From: a virus
Virus record (IMG/VR): IMGVR_UViG_3300001679_000053
Span: 1-64,000 of that record
DNA: 64,000 nt
Reading direction: 5' to 3' (one strand)
The notes beneath the pieces are model-generated. The model saw only the letters and a list, made by a program, of their open reading frames with translations, was not told the origin of the DNA and searched no databases. A program made the position numbers and the translations under genes. Positions 16,125 to 22,996 of this stretch are shown one piece after another. Numbering within the stretch: position 1 is the first letter of the stretch; each line of letters begins with the position of its first letter.

Positions 16125-16287
16125 TGATCACCCTCAAATACTCTGCCCACTCTATCGAATCGTCGCCGTCAAGCCATTTGACGCGCACGGCTGGGCCGTT
16201 ATTATAGTTATCGTCACCATCGCCTACTTCCGTGACAATGCCCCGAATCATATGATGGGGGGATTCTACCAAATCACCTATTTTCAT
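16111..16287 (-). CDS. VGDLV-family miniprotein (58 aa)
   Basis: MKIGDLVESPHHMIRGIV...VKWLDGD...LRVISEGR*. Confidence 0.8.
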   Translation of the reverse strand: MKIGDLVESPHHMIRGIVTEVGDGDDNYNNGPAVRVKWLDGDDSIEWAEYLRVISEGR

Positions 16288-16444
16288 TTAATCTCTCCAA
16301 AAACTCTGCTGTATGCCAAGAAGCATCACCATCGAGCCACACAACCATAACCGCATCATCATCACCGATTTCTTCAGGATCAATGTGCGAAACTATGCCG
16401 ATGTATTTGCCTTCAACGTCTCTTACCAAATCACCGACTTTCAC
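16274..16444 (-). CDS. VGDLV-family miniprotein, paralog of 11671-11850
   Basis: MKVGDLVRDVEGKYIGIVSHIDPEEIGDD...LNENR*. Confidence 0.8.
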   Translation of the reverse strand: MKVGDLVRDVEGKYIGIVSHIDPEEIGDDDAVMVVWLDGDASWHTAEFLERLNENR

Positions 16445-16640
16445 TGATAACCTCCAGAATCCGGGGAGGAACTCTTTCCACAATCTCGCCAGATGCCCAC
16501 AATACTGAGACGGCTGGTGCTTCAATATGATCACCGGGTAGCTCAGCAACAACAACGCCTGTTCTGACATATTCGCCAGTCCAGAACCGCTGGGATTTGG
16601 GAACGTCACTTTCAAACATCACAAGGTCACCGACTTTCAT
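16431..16640 (-). CDS. VGDLV-family miniprotein
   Basis: MKVGDLVMFE...LEVISESR*. Confidence 0.8.
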   Translation of the reverse strand: MKVGDLVMFESDVPKSQRFWTGEYVRTGVVVAELPGDHIEAPAVSVLWASGEIVERVPPRILEVISESR

Positions 16641-16720
16641 ATATTTCTTCCTTTCTATACCTATAATATAGCACCCAAACGGGTGTTAGTCAACCTCTAA
16701 GTTGTCAAGTGATTGTTAAG
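16641..16720 (-). promoter_or_regulatory. early promoter cassette driving the ten-gene array
   Basis: ttaacaatcacttgacaacttagaggTTGACT-17-TATATTataggtatagaaagg. Confidence 0.85.
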
Positions 16721-16724
16721 TGCG

Positions 16725-16934
16725 TTAAACTTTTTTGGTCTTCCCGCTTGGGCTGATAACTTTTAGGGCTGAACGCTGCCACCATCCGATAGGATAACTT
16801 GCGGATAACCACCGAACATTACATTCGATTCCCTTAGTCTCCATCACCAACCCAACGCAAGAAATGTCGCGCTCCACATCGTAGAGTGCGACAACAAGAT
16901 CACCGATGCTGGGGGCGCCGCTAGCTTTCATCAA
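16725..16934 (-). CDS. SH3/KOW-like miniprotein
   Basis: PSIGDLVV...GLVME...VRWL. Confidence 0.75.
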   Translation of the reverse strand: MMKASGAPSIGDLVVALYDVERDISCVGLVMETKGIECNVRWLSASYPIGWWQRSALKVISPSGKTKKV

Positions 16935-17142
16935 TAGGTTCCAAGTCTGTCAACGGAATGGTCCGGCGGTTACCGTTAATCAACACAACCGCGTGAGGCT
17001 CTGGATCGATCTTGCGCCAGTCTACCTTGATGCCAAGTTCTTCTGTGCGCCAGCATTTCTTTTCAACAAAATCAACAATAAGCCCAGCGCGGAACGATGC
17101 TCCACGCGAGGACGGAAGTTTAACTAAGTCACCTACTTTCAT
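16921..17142 (-). CDS. VGDLV-family miniprotein
   Basis: MKVGDLVKLP...IDES*. Confidence 0.8.
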   Translation of the reverse strand: MKVGDLVKLPSSRGASFRAGLIVDFVEKKCWRTEELGIKVDWRKIDPEPHAVVLINGNRRTIPLTDLEPIDES

Positions 17143-17323
17143 TTATCACCACCAATCTTTGAGTATCAAGCCATCCAGTTTCTCCGTTGCTAAACAACAC
17201 CTGTGCTGACTCTGTATCGTGTCCAGTCTTAGACATCTTCACCACCAAACCATGCTCCGCAGTATAGCGATCCATGTCATCGTTCAAAATACTTTCAAAC
17301 CTTACCAGATCACCTACTTTCAT
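17129..17323 (-). CDS. VGDLV-family miniprotein
   Basis: MKVGDLVRFES...VVINESR*. Confidence 0.8.
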   Translation of the reverse strand: MKVGDLVRFESILNDDMDRYTAEHGLVVKMSKTGHDTESAQVLFSNGETGWLDTQRLVVINESR

Positions 17324-17549
17324 CAGGCTTCTCCTTTTGGCAAATGATAACAGCATCTTCCAGCTCGGAAAGTTTAACTACATAAAACACTTTCCCTTCC
17401 TTGATCTCGCATGGAAACGCAGACACGGGCAGCACCGCCATCGCGGGGCCACCATTCGTTGCTGGATTTAGATTAAGTTCGACTGTCGCAAACTGACCAT
17501 CGTGAGAATCTATCGTTCCCACCAAAATAAAAACTTTAAGTGCTGTCAT
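17310..17549 (-). CDS. hypothetical protein (ends in an ESR junction)
   Basis: 79 aa ending PDESR*. Confidence 0.7.
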   Translation of the reverse strand: MTALKVFILVGTIDSHDGQFATVELNLNPATNGGPAMAVLPVSAFPCEIKEGKVFYVVKLSELEDAVIICQKEKPDESR

Positions 17550-17851
17550 CCTACCACCTGTGTTTGATGTATCTGGTATTGTACGTGTTCATTCATATCA
17601 AAGCCATACTCCCACCAGTCGTTAACAATGCCCCGTAGTTGTTTGCTGTCGTACTGCATCAAATCTTCTTCGGGATGGTGGGGCATGCCTGATCGCATAT
17701 CTTCAAGCTCATCCTCATCGAATCCGTCTGTCAGATCCTCACGCACTATTTTAATGGCGGTGATCAGCGCGCCTTTCTCCGTTATATGCGTGGAGAGATA
17801 GGTGTCGTGTTCCATTGTGCATGTCTGTCGTACTACCCAAATGTTCATCAT
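17546..17851 (-). CDS. hypothetical protein, tandem paralog of 17848-18195
   Basis: WV......S.H.T.KG....I ... S.QL..I...W.E. Confidence 0.75.
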   Translation of the reverse strand: MMNIWVVRQTCTMEHDTYLSTHITEKGALITAIKIVREDLTDGFDEDELEDMRSGMPHHPEEDLMQYDSKQLRGIVNDWWEYGFDMNEHVQYQIHQTQVVG

Positions 17852-18195
17852 GCTTGAATCTCCACAGGATTTGCGTCGAGATTATAGCTACGATCTGCCA
17901 TTCGATCCCAACTGATCTCGGACCACTCAGCAAAAATCTTCCAAAGCTGCTCGCTCGTCATTTCTTTCAGTTTCTCTTGGTCCCACTCAATAGGCTTCGC
18001 AATATCGTCTTTTTCTCCAACGGGAGCCTCGTATACCTGTCTGTCTTGTATCGCATCGAGCATCGATGCTTCGTCGTCAATATCCAAGAACTCCATTATA
18101 TCAGCAATACACGCCATGGCGCAACCTTTCTGAGTCAGGTGTACGCTGCTAAACAACTCGCCTTCATAGCTTCCTTGCATAACCCAAACTTTCAT
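17848..18195 (-). CDS. hypothetical protein
   Basis: 115 aa, ATGA overlaps on both sides. Confidence 0.75.
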   Translation of the reverse strand: MKVWVMQGSYEGELFSSVHLTQKGCAMACIADIMEFLDIDDEASMLDAIQDRQVYEAPVGEKDDIAKPIEWDQEKLKEMTSEQLWKIFAEWSEISWDRMADRSYNLDANPVEIQA

Positions 18196-18365
18196 GTTAT
18201 CACCTTCAAATCTTTAACTGAGCAAAAGCCGCTCTGCTGCGTAGCCATCCAGAACACGCGAGCGATCTTGCCGTCTGCCATCAGGCTAATGACAAGCCCG
18301 TGGTTTGACTTGTTGTGCCCTTGCACAAAGCCGATGCTCTCTACAATACTTCCAACTTCGATCAT
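18192..18365 (-). CDS. SH3/KOW-like miniprotein (57 aa)
   Basis: MIEVGSIVESIG...HGLVI...ARVFW...DLKVIT*; behind the cassette at 18366-18442. Confidence 0.75.
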   Translation of the reverse strand: MIEVGSIVESIGFVQGHNKSNHGLVISLMADGKIARVFWMATQQSGFCSVKDLKVIT

Positions 18366-18446
18366 GTTTTCTCCTTTCTATACCTATAATATAACATAGT
18401 GGGACACAGGTAGCAAGGGCAATCCTGTCAAGTGATTGTCAAGAGT

Positions 18447-18641
18447 CTAAACAACATTCCAGCGACCGTGATCACTTCTTTCGATGATTTTCCCTCGCCT
18501 GAGAATCTTGGCTGTCCCTGTACGCTGATCAACATCAATGACGAGCCCGATCCATTCGCCAAAGGTTCCTATATTTTCGTGTACCATATCACCAGCGACG
18601 ATAAATCGCACGGGGCGCGCTTTCATTTCTTCAGGGCTCAT
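18447..18641 (-). CDS. SH3/KOW-like miniprotein
   Basis: IVAGDMV...IGLVIDVD; behind the cassette at 18642-18708. Confidence 0.7.
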   Translation of the reverse strand: MSPEEMKARPVRFIVAGDMVHENIGTFGEWIGLVIDVDQRTGTAKILRRGKIIERSDHGRWNVV

Positions 18642-18688
18642 TTCTTCCTCTCCTTACTCTTATAATATAACACCGAAACCGCCCCAAG

Positions 18689-18910
18689 TCAAGTCAAAGA
18701 GTTGTCAAAGGGTTCCAGAAAACTTATCCATTCTTCTGATAGCTGGCCGTCGTGCCAGCGTATCTCAAATCGGCGCGTAGTGGTGCCCTTGGCTTTCACT
18801 TCGCGTAGAATCACGCCAGGAAGGGCTTTATACGCATCCGTGTACCTCTCCCACTTAAATGTGGCAGAGGGACTCGGAATGTATTTTACCAGATCGCCTA
18901 CTCTTATCAT
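18689..18910 (-). CDS. VGDLV-family miniprotein
   Basis: MIRVGDLVKY...PGVIL...FEIRWHDG. Confidence 0.8.
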   Translation of the reverse strand: MIRVGDLVKYIPSPSATFKWERYTDAYKALPGVILREVKAKGTTTRRFEIRWHDGQLSEEWISFLEPFDNSLT

Positions 18911-19065
18911 ACAGCCGTGTCAAGTATTTCAAGCTGCATATAGTTGGTGTGATCGAGCGACCCGCACCCCCAGTATACCCAGACAGCCACACCGTCGATC
19001 AGCCTTACCGTGCCAATCTTGCCAGCTTCAATATGTTTCACAATATCACCAATACTAAAATCCAT
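18907..19065 (-). CDS. SH3/KOW-like miniprotein (52 aa)
   Basis: MDFSIGDIVKHIEAGKIGTV...VWVYW; AAGGAG SD. Confidence 0.75.
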   Translation of the reverse strand: MDFSIGDIVKHIEAGKIGTVRLIDGVAVWVYWGCGSLDHTNYMQLEILDTAV

Positions 19066-19120
19066 TTTGCTCTCCTTGGATGTATATAATATAGCACCCT
19101 GCTATGAAAAAAGCAAGATT

Positions 19121-19312
19121 TTATTTGTCAAGAGATTGTGAGGCACTCGTTTTTATCCCGTCAAACACTTCCGAAGCCTTTTCTGCGCCGGTAGCTACCC
19201 AGCCATTCATTATCTTGCGAAACTGGTGCATTGACTTCGGATTATCTGCAACCCAGTTGACCCCAAAATAGATTAAAATAACGATTATCCCATATTTGAA
19301 AATGCTTTTCAT
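19121..19312 (-). CDS. small membrane protein
   Basis: N-terminal TM helix, AGGAGG SD. Confidence 0.75.
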   Translation of the reverse strand: MKSIFKYGIIVILIYFGVNWVADNPKSMHQFRKIMNGWVATGAEKASEVFDGIKTSASQSLDK

Positions 19313-19325
19313 TTTACCTCCTAAA

Positions 19326-19411
19326 TGGTAGCTGATGCGGGACTCGAACCCGCAAGCCCGAACGGGCGGGAGATTTTAAGTCTCCTGTGTATACCGTTCC
19401 ACCAATCAGCC
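19326..19411 (-). tRNA. tRNA-Leu(UAA)
   Basis: GGCTGATTGGTGGAACGGTATACACA-GGAGA CTTAAAA TCTCC-long variable arm-GCGGGTTCGAGTCCCGCATCAGCTACCA. Confidence 0.95.
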
Positions 19412-19460
19412 CTTCCTATATAAAGTATATCGCATTACGCACGCCCTGTCAAGTGCAAAC

Positions 19461-19694
19461 TTACATAACTTCTACGATTTCTGACTCCATAAAATGCCTC
19501 TTAATCCCGTCCACACACAAAACCTCATAAACATATTCATCCATAAAATCTAAAAACTCGGGGTCGGCGCGGATCACAAGACCGTAGTGAGTGTAATCTG
19601 TCGCGTCAACATCGTCATAAATATAGGTATAAAAATCCATGAAGTCATAGACACATCGAACGAAAGTACCGGATTGAAAGCGTGGAGGATACAC
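19461..19694 (-). CDS. hypothetical (possibly SH3-like) protein
   Basis: FQSGTFVRC...YGLVI...YEVL. Confidence 0.65.
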   Translation of the reverse strand: MYPPRFQSGTFVRCVYDFMDFYTYIYDDVDATDYTHYGLVIRADPEFLDFMDEYVYEVLCVDGIKRHFMESEIVEVM

Positions 19695-19709
19695 ACCATA
19701 AATAGCTTC

Positions 19710-20348
19710 CTATTTGGTCTTACGATGTAGTTTCAGGTGTCGTTCCTCAATAATAAGAGGTATTGTAGCGCCTATGGGTAAAATCTTGTATCGTTTAGAA
19801 CCCTTGGCATGAGAATATATTTCAGGGCGAATCTCCATTATGAACCCGCCATGCTTTTTGAACTTTTCCACGACGGCCGATTGAGTAGTCCACGCTACAC
19901 TATCTATCTCAATGTCTTTGTAGGCATTCAGATTGGTTCTCCCCTGTATATGGGTGCTTACCGCATAACGTGGCGCCTGTGTGTGGGCTGCAAGAACCTT
20001 GCGGGAATACTTATTATTATACATGCGGAGAAACTTTTTATACTCCGGCACTTTGTCTGCTAAAATGTCTGCGGCCATTGGCTTATAATAAGGCTGCCGG
20101 GAATGATATGTGGCCAGCACGATTCCATCTTTTTTATATTTCTTAATATATTCAGTTTGCCAGTTGTCGTGAACTCCCTGCGCGTCATCGCCGTTACGCG
20201 CCAATACTTTGCCTATGCTTTGTTTTTGTTTGATTGATAGGTTGCGACCCTTGGCAAGTTGGTCAAGGATAGATTCTAAAAAGCCACGATCCCATCCACC
20301 GCAGACCGACCTTGAAAGAGTTTCAGTAATTTTTTGTTCCATTGACAT
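19710..20348 (-). CDS. hypothetical protein, paralog of 9919-10728
   Basis: Shared motifs; promoter cassette at 20349-20421. Confidence 0.8.
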   Translation of the reverse strand: MSMEQKITETLSRSVCGGWDRGFLESILDQLAKGRNLSIKQKQSIGKVLARNGDDAQGVHDNWQTEYIKKYKKDGIVLATYHSRQPYYKPMAADILADKVPEYKKFLRMYNNKYSRKVLAAHTQAPRYAVSTHIQGRTNLNAYKDIEIDSVAWTTQSAVVEKFKKHGGFIMEIRPEIYSHAKGSKRYKILPIGATIPLIIEERHLKLHRKTK

Positions 20349-20418
20349 AATCTTCTCTCTATGTTATAAATATAACCCAACTCAAGAAAAAAGTCAAGCA
20401 TATGTTGTCAGAGGGATG

Positions 20419-20733
20419 TTAATAATCTGACTCTGCTGCCAAGGTTATTGCATCGATGTACCCCGGCGGTACTTTAGCTATCACCACACGCCAGCCCATC
20501 CAAATAGGCCAAATATCAAAAAAAGGAAATGTTGGTGCTTGGGTAGATAAGTGTCCAGAAACATCAGGCACCTCTATCTGTACTTCCAACATAGCCCCTC
20601 CATCATCTGATGTCGCCAACACTTCATAGCGCCCGTCATAATAATTGGAGATCATTAACAGAAGTGCGTTTATTGCCTCTTGTTTGGGGGACTTTTCTTT
20701 CTTGAAAAATAAATTAGCCATCGGATTCACCAC
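20419..20733 (-). CDS. hypothetical protein
   Basis: 104-aa ORF. Confidence 0.7.
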   Translation of the reverse strand: MVNPMANLFFKKEKSPKQEAINALLLMISNYYDGRYEVLATSDDGGAMLEVQIEVPDVSGHLSTQAPTFPFFDIWPIWMGWRVVIAKVPPGYIDAITLAAESDY

Positions 20734-20962
20734 TCAAAATTTCAAGTCTATCGTGTGCCGCATCGAGTATCATCCAATTGCCCTCCCTTTTCTTTTTGCA
20801 ATCATAACAAAAAACCATCACGGCAGTTGGATCTTTATTCGATACTTCCATGACAATCCCATGTCTATAATTAGGGCTGATACCCCTTAAAACGTCGTCG
20901 GAGGCTTCATATGCATTATGATCCACCACCCACCGTATCAAATTTCCGCGTTTAAATTCCAC
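20714..20962 (-). CDS. hypothetical (possibly SH3-like) protein
   Basis: MEFKRGNLIRW...HGIVMEV. Confidence 0.65.
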   Translation of the reverse strand: MEFKRGNLIRWVVDHNAYEASDDVLRGISPNYRHGIVMEVSNKDPTAVMVFCYDCKKKREGNWMILDAAHDRLEILSGESDG

Positions 20963-21017
20963 ATAGTAACTATTCTAATGATTATTTTGTGAAGAGCCGA
21001 TGTTCAATTTATAGGCT

Positions 21018-21275
21018 TCACGTGGGGGCGCTTGATTCCTTTTCTAAAATATGACACAAATCATCATAGCCACCGATGAACTCCTCTGTGTCCTCGGTCG
21101 CTTTCACTATCATCGGAAAACTCTCCCACTCAAATTCTTTTTTAAGGGAAGTCCGGTATGTTTTAGAAAAATCAGTTTCTACAAAAACATATTCTTTCTC
21201 ACAATCCATTAAATCCGCGCATGCGCGGAGACATGCGGGACAATCTGTGATTCCGTATATTACATAAATTTCCAT
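21018..21275 (-). CDS. glutaredoxin-like protein
   Basis: CPAC, SFPMI, FIGGYDDL. Confidence 0.85.
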   Translation of the reverse strand: MEIYVIYGITDCPACLRACADLMDCEKEYVFVETDFSKTYRTSLKKEFEWESFPMIVKATEDTEEFIGGYDDLCHILEKESSAPT

Positions 21276-21276
21276 C

Positions 21277-21540
21277 TTACTCTTTTAGTTTTGTTTTAAT
21301 AATGGTGGCCCTGGCGGCTGAAGAAATGTATTCAACTTTTATGTCTATCTCTCCGTTAAAAATCTTTTTCAAGATCGGCAGCGTGGGTGCTAAATATTCG
21401 CCAGAATATTTAATATACACCCCGGTTGGTCCTTTGTTGGCCATCTTTAGCGCATCGCGGTGGGCACTTTTTAACGAAGAATAAACTCCGTGAAAAATAT
21501 CGTCTTGTTCAAATAAACAATAAATGTATAGCTTGGTCAA
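21277..21540 (-). CDS. hypothetical protein
   Basis: 87-aa ORF. Confidence 0.65.
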   Translation of the reverse strand: MTKLYIYCLFEQDDIFHGVYSSLKSAHRDALKMANKGPTGVYIKYSGEYLAPTLPILKKIFNGEIDIKVEYISSAARATIIKTKLKE

Positions 21541-21812
21541 GAATCTAATCCACCGTCAGATTTGTGTATTTCCATTGTTAGTCTGAATACACCATCTAAA
21601 TAATCTAATTCAGTTTTCTTTTTAAGTGCTAATTCTAAATCATTATTCATCGTGGCGGTCAAGTGAGCTTCTTCAATCAGGGTGCGTTGTTCCAAAGAAG
21701 ATTGAAACAGATGAGCGAAGTATAGTCCGTCCGCAAAATTTTGGCTGTCGATGCTCGCGCTGGCAAACGGTCCTGAATTAAAAAAACCCTCAGTCCAAAA
21801 CATTATCCACAC
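21537..21812 (-). CDS. hypothetical protein
   Basis: 91-aa ORF. Confidence 0.6.
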   Translation of the reverse strand: MWIMFWTEGFFNSGPFASASIDSQNFADGLYFAHLFQSSLEQRTLIEEAHLTATMNNDLELALKKKTELDYLDGVFRLTMEIHKSDGGLDS

Positions 21813-22036
21813 CCCTTACAACGACTAACTTTTCTATCCTGCCTTTCTTCTTCAGTGAGCTTTATCTTTTTAAAGTTTGATATTTTATCCTTAAGTGACC
21901 TGCCCATCCCAATTGCTCGAATGAAATCAGCTTCGCGGTTAAAAGCACCACACATTACAATCTGCTTTGTGGGCTCATGCAAGACGTACTCGCCAGGAGT
22001 TACTTTTTGTGTTTCCGAAATCTCTTCAAACTTCAC
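21803..22036 (-). CDS. hypothetical protein
   Basis: 77 aa ending CKGCG. Confidence 0.65.
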   Translation of the reverse strand: MKFEEISETQKVTPGEYVLHEPTKQIVMCGAFNREADFIRAIGMGRSLKDKISNFKKIKLTEEERQDRKVSRCKGCG

Positions 22037-22973
22037 ATTCTCTCCTTTCTTTAATACTCATCATATTATCATATGCATTATACTTTAAGTCATTCAACTG
22101 TTTAAGAATTTCCTCTCGTCTGAGAATCTTAAATGCTATGTTCTCGGGGGAGAACTCGCGCTGTGGACTGGCCAAACCTGCCGCTCGCATGCGCCGTATT
22201 TTACTTTTAACTCTATCTATGGCGGTTAGGGCGCCCTTATAGTCTCCAGCCTCCACTTGATATCCGATTAAAGCCGTGCGTGTTTGGATACTATCGCTTT
22301 TCTTGCGGGCTTGAGCGAAGTCGATTTCTACCTCTTGTCGTGTAGGCTCTACAATCCAACGCTCTCCCAAAATAGAATAGATGCCAGAAGATACGTGTTC
22401 TTCATTCGCATTTTCTACATAGATTTCCACTTCATGTCCCTTGATAGTAATGCTGTGTAGATCGTTCCATTTTGCTCTGGCTGCGTCGAAGTATGCTTTA
22501 ACCAAAATTAAGTCCTCATCGACAGTGGCGAAGTCTACAACTATATGCAAATCCACATCTGAATATCTAGACCAGTTAAAGTTTGCCAGGCTACCTGTAA
22601 TTCGCAAATCAAGCATATCTACCTCAATTTCTAAGTTTTCTAAAAAATCTTCTGCAATCCCTAAAAGCTTATCTGCTACTTTGGGGTTTAGCGTCAGTCC
22701 CTTCCATATTTCCGGTTTGAGGGTGGTGTTCATCTCAAATGTTTCTTCTTCCACTTCTTCAAAACGCAATCTATCAGTGCCAGCTCTTTTTGTTTTGTTG
22801 TTATAGGGTTCTCCGCTGGATAAGTTTTTGTGGCCGCCCGAGGTTGAATATATGTCATTTTTGCGGCGTTGTGCCTTATATCTTTTTTGAGCATCGCTCT
22901 TAAAAGGTGTCGGTTCGGGCCGAGGTCGTCGGTCGCGGCGATCTTCTTGTAGTAATTTAAACCACTTGTCCAT
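22026..22973 (-). CDS. DNA pol beta-superfamily nucleotidyltransferase
   Basis: ITGSLANFNWSRYSDVDLH (hGS..DxD), third acidic residue in VEIYVE. Confidence 0.8.
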   Translation of the reverse strand: MDKWFKLLQEDRRDRRPRPEPTPFKSDAQKRYKAQRRKNDIYSTSGGHKNLSSGEPYNNKTKRAGTDRLRFEEVEEETFEMNTTLKPEIWKGLTLNPKVADKLLGIAEDFLENLEIEVDMLDLRITGSLANFNWSRYSDVDLHIVVDFATVDEDLILVKAYFDAARAKWNDLHSITIKGHEVEIYVENANEEHVSSGIYSILGERWIVEPTRQEVEIDFAQARKKSDSIQTRTALIGYQVEAGDYKGALTAIDRVKSKIRRMRAAGLASPQREFSPENIAFKILRREEILKQLNDLKYNAYDNMMSIKERRECEV

Positions 22974-22996
22974 GTTTATAAATAGTTTCCTTTATG

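Larger units (their letters stand above)
14906..16640 (-). repeat. Uninterrupted tandem array of ten VGDLV cassettes joined by the conserved junction repeat
   Basis: Plus-strand ACCA(G/A)ATC(A/G)CC(G/T)A(C/T)(T/C)TTCA(C/T) recurs every ~150-200 bp. Confidence 0.9.

Noticed and set aside
14906-16640. CRISPR array (regular repeat-spacer appearance)
   Set aside because: Repeats are degenerate and non-palindromic, the spacers are 120-170 bp open reading frames, and there are no cas genes in the window.
4456-17356. N-terminal extensions given by the ORF track (e.g. starts at 4710, 11260, 11560, 14450, 14885, 15184, 15999, 16615, 17356)
   Set aside because: They overlap upstream cassettes; the junction ATG/GTG with a GGAGG-like SD is the better start.
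2537-19065. Classical integron with attC sites
   Set aside because: No tyrosine integrase in the window and no attC-type inverted repeats; the junctions are direct repeats inside coding sequence.
2537-19065. Diversity-generating retroelement as the source of variation
   Set aside because: No reverse transcriptase in the window and no near-identical TR/VR pair with adenine-specific differences.
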